A stretch of 64,000 nucleotides of DNA from Chiloscyllium plagiosum. Its lineage: Eukaryota. The notes below the pieces were generated by a model. That model worked only from the letters and a program-made list of their open reading frames with translations, was not told where the DNA came from and did no database searches. Both the position numbers and the translations under genes were made by a program. Where the stretch lies: the NCBI RefSeq assembly GCF_004010195.1, contig NC_057750.1:6031151-6095150 (forward strand). The letters are read 5' to 3'. This document shows positions 24,971-37,830 of this stretch, one piece after another. Numbering within the stretch: position 1 is the stretch's first letter; each line of letters starts with the position of its first letter.

Positions 24971-25878
24971 ATGCTCCATTGGGCCAAGTACCAGAATGGT
25001 GACGCTTACAGAATGGGATGACAGCAAAGGGTCAAAACCAGTGGAGAAGACGAGTGAGGAGAAACAAACAGACAAGAAAAGAAACAGACACAGGCTTGGA
25101 CACCATTTTCTCGTCAGCAATATGACAGTCATGCTCAAAGACACAACACTCTGTGCGCATCACTGTGCAGTACTTCTATTCATCTGCACTCAATGGTTGG
25201 GAACATTTGTTTCTATGGCATTTCATATTAATTTCAAGCCCCATTTCAGAATGCAAACGCAGATCTTACTCTGAGCCGTGCTGAGGGATTGCCGGATTGT
25301 TGGAGAGGGTGCCTGTTAGCTGGAACTCTAACCTGAAGCCCTATCTGCACCCTCAGGTGGATATAGCTGCACTACACTGTCAGGAGGCAAGATCAGAGTC
25401 CAGTCTGGCCGGGTGGTGGAGGCAGTAAAACGCAAACATTTTACAAGCACTCGAAGCACCATGACCGTGAGTCACAACATGGGATTGGGCTTGGTCGCTC
25501 TTTGCTGGCCAGCATGGACATAGCAAGTTGAATGGCCTTCATTCGTGCTGCAAACTTCTATCATTTCATGCCTGTTCTGTGAGCCCTGCAGCATTTTTGA
25601 CCAAGAGGTTAGGGAGGACTCAATGCCCTGGGCAATACTTACAGCTAAACCAACATCACCACCACAGGTTCACTGTTTAATTCTCCTGTGGATGGAGTTC
25701 CATATTAGCTACACAACCACTATACACTGCACTTCAAAAGGAGTCAAATAGCGACAAGGTGCTTTCAGATATTCTGAGCATTGTTTTACACGCACAGCTT
25801 GTTTATTTTCTATCCCTCACAGAATTGCACTTGTACCTCACTCACTTTCTCAAGACTCCCTTAATGTGAAAAGGATAC

Positions 25879-25977
25879 ATAAGGATTAGACTCTGAAGGT
25901 AATCCATTGAGTTCAAATATATTCAACAGGTCATAGTACTGTCCGTGAATGTCTCCGCAAATGGTAATGGACTCTTT
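25879..25977 (-). CDS. PPP5C: PPP5C exon 6 ([33 protein letters not shown]; GDxHG metal-binding motif)
   Basis: tttcag| acceptor, 99 nt, U12-type donor |GTATCCTTT. Translated by hand; not in the ORF track. Confidence 0.97.
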
Positions 25978-27728
25978 CTGAAAGAGAAACCAGTCAGCTT
26001 AGTATAAATGTGTAACAGAGGCACAGATAGAATAGACAGACAATCAAACCTTTTGCTATCAGAAAACAACAGAGGAGTCTCTGAGGCCATGGGCAGTTTA
26101 TACAGTAATGATCCCATTCAAGTAACATCTGACAAAAAGACTCATTGGCCAGAAACATCACTCTGTTTCGCTCTCCACAGATGATAAGTGACCAGCTGAG
26201 TATCTCCACCATTTGTTCCTTTTAGATCAGGATGCTTCTTGATAGATGTTGACCAGGATAGCAGTAATAGGAGGCCCTTAACTGTCCTCAGCACGTGCTG
26301 CCCAAACTAAATTAGTTACAGTGACCTCAACTATAAAATGTGAGACAGGCAACCAGGGTTGTGTTTCGCCAGGATGTTGATTACTTCATCGATGTCCTGA
26401 AACTCTCAGGCACATGGAATTGTGGGCGAGACGCAAGAGGGTTGGAATTGTCCTGGAGTAGCTAGGGTGGCAGTTTCATCCAGGAAGAAAAAAAATATCA
26501 AGGGGGTTAAACTTTAAAAAACAGAATCGTAAAAATGCAGCAGGAAAATGTTAAACACCATTGGTTCAAAGAGAGTTCTTCTACCTACTACCCCTACCCA
26601 ACATCAGTATAACCTTCGACTGTCACACAGCAGCTTTCACCTTTGGTGGACAAGGAGGCAAAGTATTTGCACAGAAAATTGGGATATTGTCAAAATCCTC
26701 ACACAGCGCTGCACAATAGCAGATATCTACTCCACGTTGCTTTAATACAGAGGCACATCTTGAGCTTTTGCTCCTCTCTGTGGGTTCTATATTTATAGAA
26801 TTCAATAACACAGAAGGGGACATTCAGACAATTGGGTCAGTCCTTTGGAAGAGTCATGCAATTCATCCCTTTCCTCCTCATTAGAGGAACAAGAGTGGGT
26901 CATTCAGCCCCTCAAGCCTGCTCTGCCATTCTGGACATGGCTGATCATTTGCTGCAACACTATATTCTTCTGCTAGTCCCATACCCCTTGATGTATTTAG
27001 TAAGTAAAAATTCATCAATCTCTATTTTGACTCTCAGAGTTGAGTGGTAGAGAATTCCAAACATTCACTACCCTCTGCACCAAGATGCTCCTCCTCATAG
27101 AATCCCTACAGTGTGGAAGCAGGCCAATTGGCTCATCGAGTCCACACTGACCCTCCGAAGAGCATCCCACCCAGACCCACCCCTCCTAATCTATCCCTGT
27201 AACCCCATATTTCCCACGGCCAATCCATCTAACCTGCACATTCTTGCAGTCCAAAATGACTTAACTCTAATCTGCAACTCTAATGTGCCCCTGGTTCTAA
27301 ACCTCACATCCAGGGAGACATCTTTTCCGCACCTACTATGTTGATCTCTCTCAATTTTGTTTTTAAGTTTCTGGGAGTTTCGGTTTCTCCTTTTTCTAAA
27401 CTCCAGAGAATACAGGCCCAGTCACATCAATGTCTCCTCACAGGATAGTCTGCACCATCCCAGGTGCCAACTTGGTGAACCTGCACAGCACTCTATCCCT
27501 ATCTATGAGAAAACAACCAGGTATGTACACAAAACTTCAGGAGCAATCTTCCCAGTGTTCTATACAATTGAAGCAAAGCTTGTTTTGTTCCTATATTCAA
27601 ATCTTTTCGTGATAAAGGGTAACACACGGTTTGACTTCCGAATTACTTGAAATTAGTGACACAAAACCATCACTAGTTCCAACCCATTTGTGTCCACAGC
27701 AGGACTACAAGTCAATCAAAGTCCTTAC

Positions 27729-27794
27729 CTCACTGAGCATGATTTCAACTAAACTTGGGAGTTTTGATAAGACTTCTTTCACTTGGACCAGAAT
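27729..27794 (-). CDS. PPP5C: PPP5C exon 5 (ILVQVKEVLSKLPSLVEIMLSE)
   Basis: ttacag| acceptor, GAG|gtaagg donor, 66 nt. Confidence 0.96.
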
Positions 27795-27989
27795 CTGTAA
27801 AAGACGACAAGATAAATCAGTAACATGAGGGAAACAGAACAATGCTCCTGTCGGAAAGAGGCTATGTGTGCGCCGTTTCTGTAATGTATTCTGCATGTGC
27901 ATTATTTCACAAAATTCTTTCTGAAGGCACAGAAAATTGACCACACAACTAAATTCAAAAGATAACATCGGAATGGACTATATACAGGA

Positions 27990-29220
27990 GATAGAGTCAC
28001 TAAGTCATACACTATGGAAACAGACCATCTGGTCCGACTCACCATGCCAACCAGGTTTTTAGTCCCATTTGCCTGCGTTTGGCCTATATCCCTCCAAACC
28101 TTTCCTCTCCATATACCTGTCTCAATGTCTTTTAAATGTTGTAATTGTATTCACCTCTACCACTTCCTCTGGCAGTTCGTTCCACATACTCATCACCCTC
28201 TCTGTGAAAAAGTTGCCCTTCAGGTCCCTTTTAAATTTTCCCCTTTCACCTTAAACCTATGCCCTCTAGTTTTGGCGTGCCCTTCCTGAGGTAAAGACCT
28301 TGGCTATTTGTCTCATGATTTTATAAACTTCTATAAGATCAGCCCTCAGCCTCCGGTGTTCGGCAGAAGGTGGGGGGGATGTCCCAGTCCATTCAGTTTG
28401 TCCTTGTAACTCAAACCCCCCCACTGGGGTGGACAAAGTTAAAAATCACACAACACCAGATTAGAGTCCAACAGGAAGAGTTGAGGTAGATAGTTTAGAT
28501 TAATTCAAAATGAAAATAGGTAAGCACATGGGGGAGAAAAAACAAATGGATGGATATGGAGATAAGATTGGAACAAAGTTTGAGAACAGACTGAATGGAA
28601 CATAATAAACCTGTTGAACTATAACCTGATGTTATGCGATTTTTAACTTTGCACAACAGCAACATGACATCCCAACTCCTATACTCAAGAGAGTCAAATG
28701 CCTTCTTCAGCACACTGTCTACGCTGTCTTGCCAAAATGCAACAGCTCCATCTGCCACTCCTCAACCCATTGGCCCAGCTGATGAAAATTTCACTGTCCA
28801 CTACACCCAAATTTGGTGTCATCTGCAAACTCACTAACAGTGCTTCCTAAAGTCTCATCCAAATCATTTATATAAAAATGTCAAACAAGAATGGACCTGG
28901 CACCAATCCTTGTGGCACTACACTGGTCACAGTCCTCCAGTCCAAACAATAATACTCTACCACCACCCAGCCAATCATGTATTGAACTGACTGGCTCTCC
29001 CTGGATCCAATGTCATCTAACATTATGAACCTAGTCGAAGGCTTTGCTAAAGTCCATGTAGACAAGGTCTACCGCTCTGCCATCAACTATCTTCGTGGTC
29101 ACCTCTTCAAAACATTCAGTCAAGTTTATCAGGCATATTTTCCCACTTTCAAAGCCATGATGACTCTCTAAGCAGCCCTTGCCTTTCCAAATGCATGTAA
29201 ATCCTGCCTCTCAGAATACT
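27990..29220 (-). mobile_element. Degenerate CR1 LINE with an internal Penelope-type inverted insertion (~28425-28655)
   Basis: RT remnants (DFSKAF, VPQG, FADDTK-like), many indels. Confidence 0.8.
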
Positions 29221-29347
29221 TGGAGGGGATTAAAAAAGGATTAAAACATTGGTCTCAAAATGTTAACTCTATTCCTGTTTCTGTACATGCTGCCAGGTCT
29301 GTTGAGTTTCTCCAGCATTTGTCTTAATTTCCCACAGTATAAAAGAC

Positions 29348-31700
29348 AGAACGAAGAGAGAGAGAGAGGGAGAACGAAGAGAGAGAGAGAGGGAGAACGA
29401 AGAGAGAGAGAGAGGGAGAACGAAGAGAGAGAGAGAGGGAGAACGAAAAGTCGGATCGTGGGAGAACGAAGAGAGAGAGAGAGGGAGAACGAAGAGAGAG
29501 AGAGAGGGAGAACGAAGAGAGAGAGAGAGGGAGAACGAAGAGAGAGAGAGAGGGAGAACGAAGAGAGAGAGAGAGGGAGAACGAAGAGAGAGAGAGAGGG
29601 AGAACGAAGAGAGAGAGAGAGGGAGAACGAAGAGAGAGAGAGAGGGAGAACGAAGAGAGAGAGAGAGGGAGAACGAAGAGAGAGAGAGAGGGAGAACGAA
29701 GAGAGAGAGAGAGGGAGAACGAAGAGAGAGAGAGAGGGAGAACGAAGAGAGAGAGAGAGGGAGAACGAAGAGAGAGAGAGAGGGAGAACGAAGAGAGAGA
29801 GAGAGGGAGAACGAAGAGAGAGAGAGAGGGAGAACGAAGAGAGAGAGAGAGGGAGAACGAAGAGAGAGAGAGAGGGAGAACGAAGAGAGAGAGAGAGGGA
29901 GAACGAAGAGAGAGAGAGAGGGAGAACGAAGAGAGAGAGAGGGAGAACGAAGAGAGAGAGAGGGCGAACGAAGAGAGAAGAGAAAGAGGGAGAACAAAGA
30001 GAGAGAGAAAGAGGGAGAACAAAGAGAGAGAGAAAGAGGGAGAACAAAGAGAGAGAGAAAGAGGGAGAACAAAGAGAGAGAGAAAGAGGGAGAACAAAGA
30101 GAGAGAGAAAGAGGGAGAACAAAGAGAGAGAGAAAGAGGGAGAACAAAGAGAGAGAGAAAGAGGGAGAACAAAGAGAGAGAGAAAGAGGGAGAACAAAGA
30201 GAGAGAGAAAGAGGGAGAACAAAGAGAGAGAGAAAGAGGGAGAACAAAGAGAGAGAGAAAGAGGGAGAACAAAGAGAGAGAGAAAGAGGGAGAACAAAGA
30301 GAGAGAGAAAGAGGGAGAACAAAGAGAGAGAGAAAGAGGGAGAACAAAGAGAGAGAGAAAGAGGGAGAACAAAGAGAGAGAGAAAGAGGGAGAACAAAGA
30401 GAGAGAGAAAGAGGGAGAACAAAGAGAGAGAGAAAGAGGGAGAACAAAGAGAGAGAGAAAGAGGGAGAACAAAGAGAGAGAGAAAGAGGGAGAACAAAGA
30501 GAGAGAGAAAGAGGGAGAACAAAGAGAGAGAGAAAGAGGGAGAACAAAGAGAGAGAGAAAGAGGGAGAACAAAGAGAGAGAGAAAGAGGGAGAACAAAGA
30601 GAGAGAGAAAGAGGGAGAACAAAGAGAGAGAGAAAGAGGGAGAACAAAGAGAGAGAGAAAGAGGGAGAACAAAGAGAGAGAGAAAGAGGGAGAACAAAGA
30701 GAGAGAGAAAGAGGGAGAACAAAGAGAGAGAGAAAGAGGGAGAACAAAGAGAGAGAGAAAGAGGGAGAACAAAGAGAGAGAGAAAGAGGGAGAACAAAGA
30801 GAGAGAGAAAGAGGGAGAACAAAGAGAGAGAGAAAGAGGGAGAACAAAGAGAGAGAGAAAGAGGGAGAACAAAGAGAGAGAGAAAGAGGGAGAACAAAGA
30901 GAGAGAGAAAGAGGGAGAACAAAGAGAGAGAGAAAGAGGGAGAACAAAGAGAGAGAGAAAGAGGGAGAACAAAGAGAGAGAGAAAGAGGGAGAACAAAGA
31001 GAGAGAGAAAGAGGGAGAACAAAGAGAGAGAGAAAGAGGGAGAACAAAGAGAGAGAGAAAGAGGGAGAACAAAGAGAGAGAGAAAGAGGGAGAACAAAGA
31101 GAGAGAGAAAGAGGGAGAACAAAGAGAGAGAGAAAGAGGGAGAACAAAGAGAGAGAGAAAGAGGGAGAACAAAGAGAGAGAGAAAGAGGGAGAACAAAGA
31201 GAGAGAGAAAGAGGGAGAACAAAGAGAGAGAGAAAGAGGGAGAACAAAGAGAGAGAGAAAGAGGGAGAACAAAGAGAGAGAGAAAGAGGGAGAACAAAGA
31301 GAGAGAGAAAGAGGGAGAACAAAGAGAGAGAGAAAGAGGGAGAACAAAGAGAGAGAGAAAGAGGGAGAACAAAGAGAGAGAGAAAGAGGGAGAACAAAGA
31401 GAGAGAGAAAGAGGGAGAACAAAGAGAGAGAGAAAGAGGGAGAACAAAGAGAGAGAGAAAGAGGGAGAACAAAGAGAGAGAGAAAGAGGGAGAACAAAGA
31501 GAGAGAGAAAGAGGGAGAACAAAGAGAGAGAGAGGGAGAACAAAAAAGAGAGGGAAAACAAGAAAGAGAAAGGAGAGCGACAGAAAGAAAGGAAAGCACA
31601 AGAAAGAACAGAAAGCAAGAGAAAAAAGCACGAGAAAAAAAGATGGAGAAAACGAGAGAAAAGAGGGAGAGAGAGAAAAAAAAAAGAGAACGAGCGCACC
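29348..31700. repeat. Polypurine satellite: 23-bp unit GAACGAAGAGAGAGAGAGAGGGA (~29350-29975), then 25-bp unit AGAACAAAGAGAGAGAGAAAGAGGG (~29980-31530), then a degenerate GA-rich tail
   Basis: Direct reading; 23-aa and 25-aa periodicities in the ORF track. Confidence 0.97.
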
Positions 31701-33635
31701 CAAGTGAACTAGGGTTGAAGTATATCATCATAGTGACTTCAGCACAGAAGGATGTGCCTCTTTGTCTGCAGGTTTTGAAATGCTCATAAGCCACAGCCTC
31801 TCTTGCAGGCCAGTTTAACTTGTTAGACTGCCAATGTACTTGGCAAGTTTTACCAGGTGTCTAAATGAAACTTTCCCAGCAACGTGTTGATCTTCTAAAT
31901 ATAGTTGTTCCAAAAAGAAGCATTAAAGGTTCGAAGCCAGCAAAAACCTCTCATCAAAAATAAAGTTTTTGCCACGGAAAGGCTGGTAAGGAGCAGGATT
32001 ATGATTCAATATATTAAACCTTTAAATAGGTGAGAAGGAAGCGGAAATAAGGAAGAGAAATGAAAGATGAAAGGGTGAGACAATATTAATAAGCATATTT
32101 CCACAAGTTTTATTGCTGTAAATGACAGCTAATGTTTCAAGGTCATAATGTGGGAGCTGCAAATCAATCAATAAAACAGACTGGACTATGACAACTTGTA
32201 TTTCACACAGTGCCTTTATGTTAGTAAAGTTTATTTGGTGCGTTATAAAAATAAGACAAAACAAGAGCGCCTGTTGTTTCTGTGCTTCTGTCACACTGCT
32301 CTGGGTAAGCCATGATATTGAAGATTTTCAATCTTGTGCCATGTAATCCTGACATCACCTGGTTACAATGTGCTATAGCAAGCCTTTGAAATGGACCCAA
32401 CAGCAGAATCATCCTCCAGCTGAAGTCGGAAAACATCCACGCTGCTGCATGTTTCCAGTGGGTACAAGTTATAAATTTAGGTTACATGGAGTGTGCAATA
32501 CAGCACATCAAAGAACTGAAAGCTAATGCCAGTAATAGTGACCGTGAAACTTCATTGATAATGGGTAAAAAAGATCCTTTAGAGAAGGAAGTCTGCTCTG
32601 CTTACCTGGGGCCTGGACTGTGTGAGACTCCAGACCCATAGCATTGTGCTTGACACTTAACTATGTTCTGAAATGACTAGCAGGTCATTCAGTTCAAGGG
32701 CATTTAGAGATGGACAACAAATACCTGCCTGGCCAGCAGTGGGAGTTTCGGCCCATAGATCAATGCAGGTGTTTATGCTCCACACAAACCACCCCCAACT
32801 CCGAGCCAAATCTTCTTCCAAATCGATCTCTAACCTTCTCTCCTTTCTCCCTCACATGCTTGTCGAGAATCCCCAAACCGGCAAGGTCAGCATTGATTGT
32901 GCATTCTCAACTGCCTACAGGGTAGTTAAGAATTATCATGTTGCATGTAGGCCTAACCCTTAAGTTCGTCTCTCTCACTCCTTGAGGTAGCAAGCTCCAC
33001 GTCTGCACCACTTTCTGGATAAGGAAGCTCCTCCTGACTTGCTTACTGAACTCACCAGTGATATTCTTAGATTTGTTTTGATCCCATCCATAAGTGGGAA
33101 CATTTTCTCCTAAGTCTACAACAGCCAAATGAACAATAATTTTCAAACTCTCTTCCGGGATACTCCCCAGCCTTCACTTTTCTAAACACTTTTCCCCAAG
33201 CGGTTCAATGTTTTCAGATCTCCTCAGTTCTACAATTGCAAATGGAAGTCAGATCACCTTTCCTGAGTTGGAAACCAGCAAAGGATGACCACTCAAAGCT
33301 CAAGGACGCTCATCAACCAGGAAGCATGAGCATTTGGCCACAACGCTCAAAGTCATTACTTCCCAGACAGCATGGGTAAGTCCCTAGGGAAAGCCTAAGA
33401 AAGACTGGACAGTGGTTTAACACGAAAAGTGAGTGAGTACAATATGCAGTGTCAAGAATAGTCACAAACTGCAAAGATATAGGATGAGTAATGGAAACAG
33501 AAGAGACCAGAACCAATTAGTAGGAGCACCTTACCCTTAGACGAATGAGCCACACTGTCAACAAACACATCAGTCTTTCACATGCCCAGGGTCTGCTGTT
33601 AACTACCGCGATTGGAGAAAGCCACGGCTCCTTAC

Positions 33636-33757
33636 CTGATAAGCACATTTTCTGTGCAATTTCTTCTGATCTTTAAACCACTGCATTAGCTCTTTCATGA
33701 ACTTTAAAGTGACTTTCCCATCTTCCAGTTTGGGACCGGTATAATCATCTTCGATTG
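33636..33757 (-). CDS. PPP5C: PPP5C exon 4 (TIEDDYTGPKLEDGKVTLKFMKELMQWFKDQKKLHRKCAYQ)
   Basis: atttag| acceptor, CAG|gtaagg donor, 122 nt. Confidence 0.97.
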
Positions 33758-36539
33758 CTAAATACAAAATTAAAGGTGGGAGACTGAGAGATGGTGACAT
33801 ATGCAGCATCAAAAAATGCATTACATCTTCCCTTCTTTATTTGGGCATTGCTGGAAAGGTCAGCATTCGTCATCCATCCAACTAGGAACGGATAACTGAT
33901 GCTGACCCAGCCAACAATGCCTCCATCCTATGAAAGTAGCTGTATTTAAGGTGTGGTGAGCCACTGCAGTCTTGCACCCACAGTGCTACTAGGGCAGTAG
34001 TTACAAGGTTTTGATCCAGTAATAGTGAAGGTACAACACAATGCAGTTCCAAATTAGGTGCCAGGTTTGGAGGGGTTATAGTTCCAAATCAGGCTAGTGT
34101 GCGGCTTGGGAGGGCAAAGCCCAGGTGATGTTTCCTATGGATTATGTTCTGCTTGTCCTGTCACAGGTTTGGAAGGTGCTGAAGGAGCCTTGGTGTGTTG
34201 CTGCAGTCCGTCTTGAGGATATTGCAGATTGCTGCCATGTTGCTCCAGCAGCCGGCAGTGAATGCTGGAGGATGGGTAGCTTTGTTTTGGATGGCAAGAT
34301 TTGAGTGTTGTCAAAGCTTCAGTCATCCAAGCAACTGGAAGTCAGGATGTGAATCACTCTCTACACAACTCCTGCTCTATGACCAGCTCTTGCAGCCAGA
34401 CTATGTGTGTCCAAGTGTTTGGTCAAGGGTGATCCTAAGGAAGCCAATGGAGGCTTTGGTGATGGCAATGCAATTGAATGTCAAGAGGAGTTGATCAGAT
34501 TTCTTGCTATTTGAACCCAATAGGAATTGGAGAACGAGGGAGGGCAAGCATAAAATGCAAGAGGGAGTAATTTTGATGGCACAAAACACTTTTTTTCCCC
34601 CACAAAAGTGATCAAACATGCAGCAGACTGGTAAATAGGAATTTACCAAAAAGGGTGACTGACAAAGTCCTCAGAACAGAGGTTACCTCAAGTTACTGAA
34701 GGTAGGTAAGGAGGGAGTGGGGAAATCAAGTACATATTACTTGATATAAGTAACCTGCAGATCCCTGGTGATTTCAAGTTTCTCTTCACATATCTAGATT
34801 TTTATCCCTTTTTTTGGTCACTTAGGAGATTGCATGACCAGGATGGGGAAGTGGGATGCGAGAGAGGGAGGAGTCAGCAAAGTGTTGCATCTGGTCATCT
34901 CCTGACCTTTCACGTGTTTGTTAGCAGCATAGCTGTGACATTGACTGCCTGGGATCACCTATGGAGAGGGGGACTAGTGCCAGCAGAACCAACAGTAGAG
35001 GCAAAGGATTAGCAGAAGCGGCAGTGAGAGAGATGAGACCTTGGAAAAGAATCAAGCGTCCATCACATTGTAAACAAATAAGAGCCTATTGCCACAAGCC
35101 ATCTTCAGTTACCCCTATCCTAGGAGACTGACATAACGGCACAATAGCATAACAGTCATGTTAATAGATTTGTAATTCAGAGATCCAAGTTCAAACCTCA
35201 CCATGTAGTTGGGTCATTTAAATTGAGTCAATCTTTTAAATCAGCAATAAAAAGTCATGGTGACCACGAAACCACAGTTACCAGATTGTTTTAAAAATCC
35301 ATGCCCAGGAGGAACTTGCTACCCTTACCCAGTTGACTTTTAACTGCATTCTGAAATGGCCCAGCAAGTCTGACACGTTCAAGAAGTTGGATCACCACCA
35401 TCTTATCAAAGGGGCAATCAGGAACAGTCAATAAACACTGGTTTTGCTAGAGACATCCTGATTCCTTTCATGAATAAATGTTTAAAAACCTTTTGAGGGT
35501 GGAAGGGAGAAAGCAGATTGTACTGCACATCATCTATTCAGCAACACGAAAGAGAATGCTTTTATCTCAAACATTGCAAATGCTATTTCTAAGGGGGAAA
35601 GGGGAATTTATTCTGGCAGTTATCCTTCAAACCGCACTTAAAAAGTGGTCTGTATATATTCAGCCCCCTGGCTGGGCAGAAGCTTTCTTGTCCCAACTTT
35701 GAAGGTTACTCTGGGAACAAAACCTATTTATTTTTAGACGAGTTAAAGCCACAAGCATCATAACAACTTGTGATATCAAGTCAACAACTCACAACAGCTT
35801 TCAGGGGCACCAGCTGAGAGATGAAAGATGAGGGAGAGCAGCAAAAAGTTCATGGAAATGAGAACACAAAATAGGAGACACCTCAAACACTACAACAGTG
35901 AGGTCTTAATTTGCCAATCCAAGCTCCCATCCACTAAGAAAGAAAAGTTAGTCTTTTGCACTGAATTTAGATAGGAATTTGCATCCCTGTCACTATTACC
36001 ACTTGTTTGCTTCTCTGAAGGTGGAAATGTCATGCTGGTTCCTTGGATGCTGAGTACACTTTATCGTCTCTCATTCATGGCCGATCTTCACAACAACACT
36101 AGCAGCAAGGAAAACTGGACCACAAGAACCGCCTAAAGGTTTGGGCACCCACAGGTTTAAACAAAAAGCAGCGGGTAGCAAAAAAGAACTGGAACACCAG
36201 CTGATTTCCTCGTTGCAAAACCAAAAGGCACTAACTGGAACAAGCACTCACCCAGCCAGAACATACTCATGTCACCCAGCCACCTGACAGCAACAAACAC
36301 AAACTGAAGATGAAACCCTGGATTTCCCGAATTGGGAGGAAGCCACTGAAAATGCTGCCTGTCAGATCACGTCACTCTCTGCATCAGGAGGGGGACCATT
36401 AGCTGCTCCCGGACGACCAACGCAGAGACTTTTCGGATGAATTTGTAATCATGGACCCTGACCTACATCAATTATATAACACAATATTGTTTCTTTCAGG
36501 ACAAGCTTGTATTTTTGTGTCCTTGCTTTGAGCTTTAGT

Positions 36540-36858
36540 AGATTAGATTAGATTACTTACAGTGTGGAAACAGGCCCTTCAGCCCAACAAGTCCACACTG
36601 ACCCACCGAAACACAACCCACCCATACCCCTACCCCTACATTTACCCCTTCACCTAACACTACGGGCACTATAGCATAGCCAATTCACCTAACCTGCACA
36701 TCTTTGGACTGTGAGAGGAAACCGGAGCACCCGGAGCAAACCCTTGCAGACACGGGGAGAATGTGCAAACACCACACAGACAGTCGCCTGAGGCGGGAAT
36801 TGAACCTGGGTCTCTGGCACTGTGAGGCAGCAGTGCTAACCACTGTGCCACCATGCCA
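36540..36858 (-). mobile_element. tRNA-derived SINE (HE1-like), full length
   Basis: Same family; (ATCTA)n tail. Confidence 0.85.
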
Positions 36859-37682
36859 CTCAAAACTTGAACATCTTAAAAACTTTCCTCTCCGAGCAAC
36901 CTCCTGCAGCTCTGATAACTTTGGACCTCTCGGGCTATTTGCGTGCTAGTCAGCACTTTCACATACATGGCCCCTTCAGAGGTTAGGCAGCCAGTCCACT
37001 CTTCGGGACACACATAAGAGTCTCGCACGGCCCCTATCAAGTCCACCACTCATTCACATACTATTTCACTACTTCACAGACCCCTGGAATGTCTCCATGG
37101 ATATTCACCATTGAGACATGCAGATTGCAAAATCTGAGGTCCAAGCCTTGCCCTGAACTAATGCAGCTGAGCTGAGCACAGCTGCAGAATGGGAAGGGGC
37201 AAATGGTCTCAGGAAAGGCAGGACGAAAAAAAAAATCAGCCAAAGTTCACACGATGCTTTCTGTGGGCAAATCTCTGAGCAGCACTTAACTTCAAAACAG
37301 AAGAAAGAGTAATAATAACTCAAGGGCGTACTGGAGGTATCCTGGAACCTGCACACCAGCAAGACTCAGCATCATCAGGAAATGTGCCAAAAAAACCTGT
37401 GGTGAAATGAGAACTTTTTACATTAAAAAAAGGTGCTCTGAGCCAAACAGCACTGCCTGAAGGGATGGTGAAAGCAGATCCAACAGGAACTTTCAAAAAG
37501 GAACTGGGTCAAATTAGACAGCTCTTTTGATGGGCAGACAGGGGCACAATAGGTCAAACAGCCCCTTTCTGGGTGAAGTAGTTCTAATAAAACAGAAAAT
37601 GCAGTCGGAGCTTGATCCAAACATAGGTTCAGTGTGAAACATGAAGTCTCCATTCTTAAAACAGACGGTCTAAAATACTTAC

Positions 37683-37830
37683 TCATACTCTCTATGTCTA
37701 AAGAGTCCACTACTGATCTCTTCAGTTCATCGTTTGCTATTGCACGTTCAAACGCTTTCTGTTTGACAATTTTGTTACATTCTTGGTATTTCATTTTAGC
37801 ATCTTTATCGTTTGGCTTCACCTTAACGAC
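37683..37830 (-). CDS. PPP5C: PPP5C exon 3 (VVKVKPNDKDAKMKYQECNKIVKQKAFERAIANDELKRSVVDSLDIESM)
   Basis: ttgcag| acceptor, |gtaagt donor, 148 nt. Confidence 0.97.

Larger units (their letters stand above)
21989..25878 (-). other. PPP5C: U12-type (minor spliceosome) GT-AG intron 6 of PPP5C
   Basis: Donor GTATCCTTT at 25878-25870; branch site TTCCTTAAT at 22012-22004, about 13 nt before the AG; no long pyrimidine tract between them. Confidence 0.93.

Noticed and set aside
29241..31794. Four ~800-aa ORFs (ER/K-rich and LSF-rich)
   Set aside because: Translations of a stop-free purine/pyrimidine satellite, open on both strands; not genes.
36770..36858. tRNA genes at A/B-box sequences (also 1485, 24660, 38060, 62550, 63560)
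   Set aside because: They are SINE heads continuing into SINE bodies; no complete cloverleaf.
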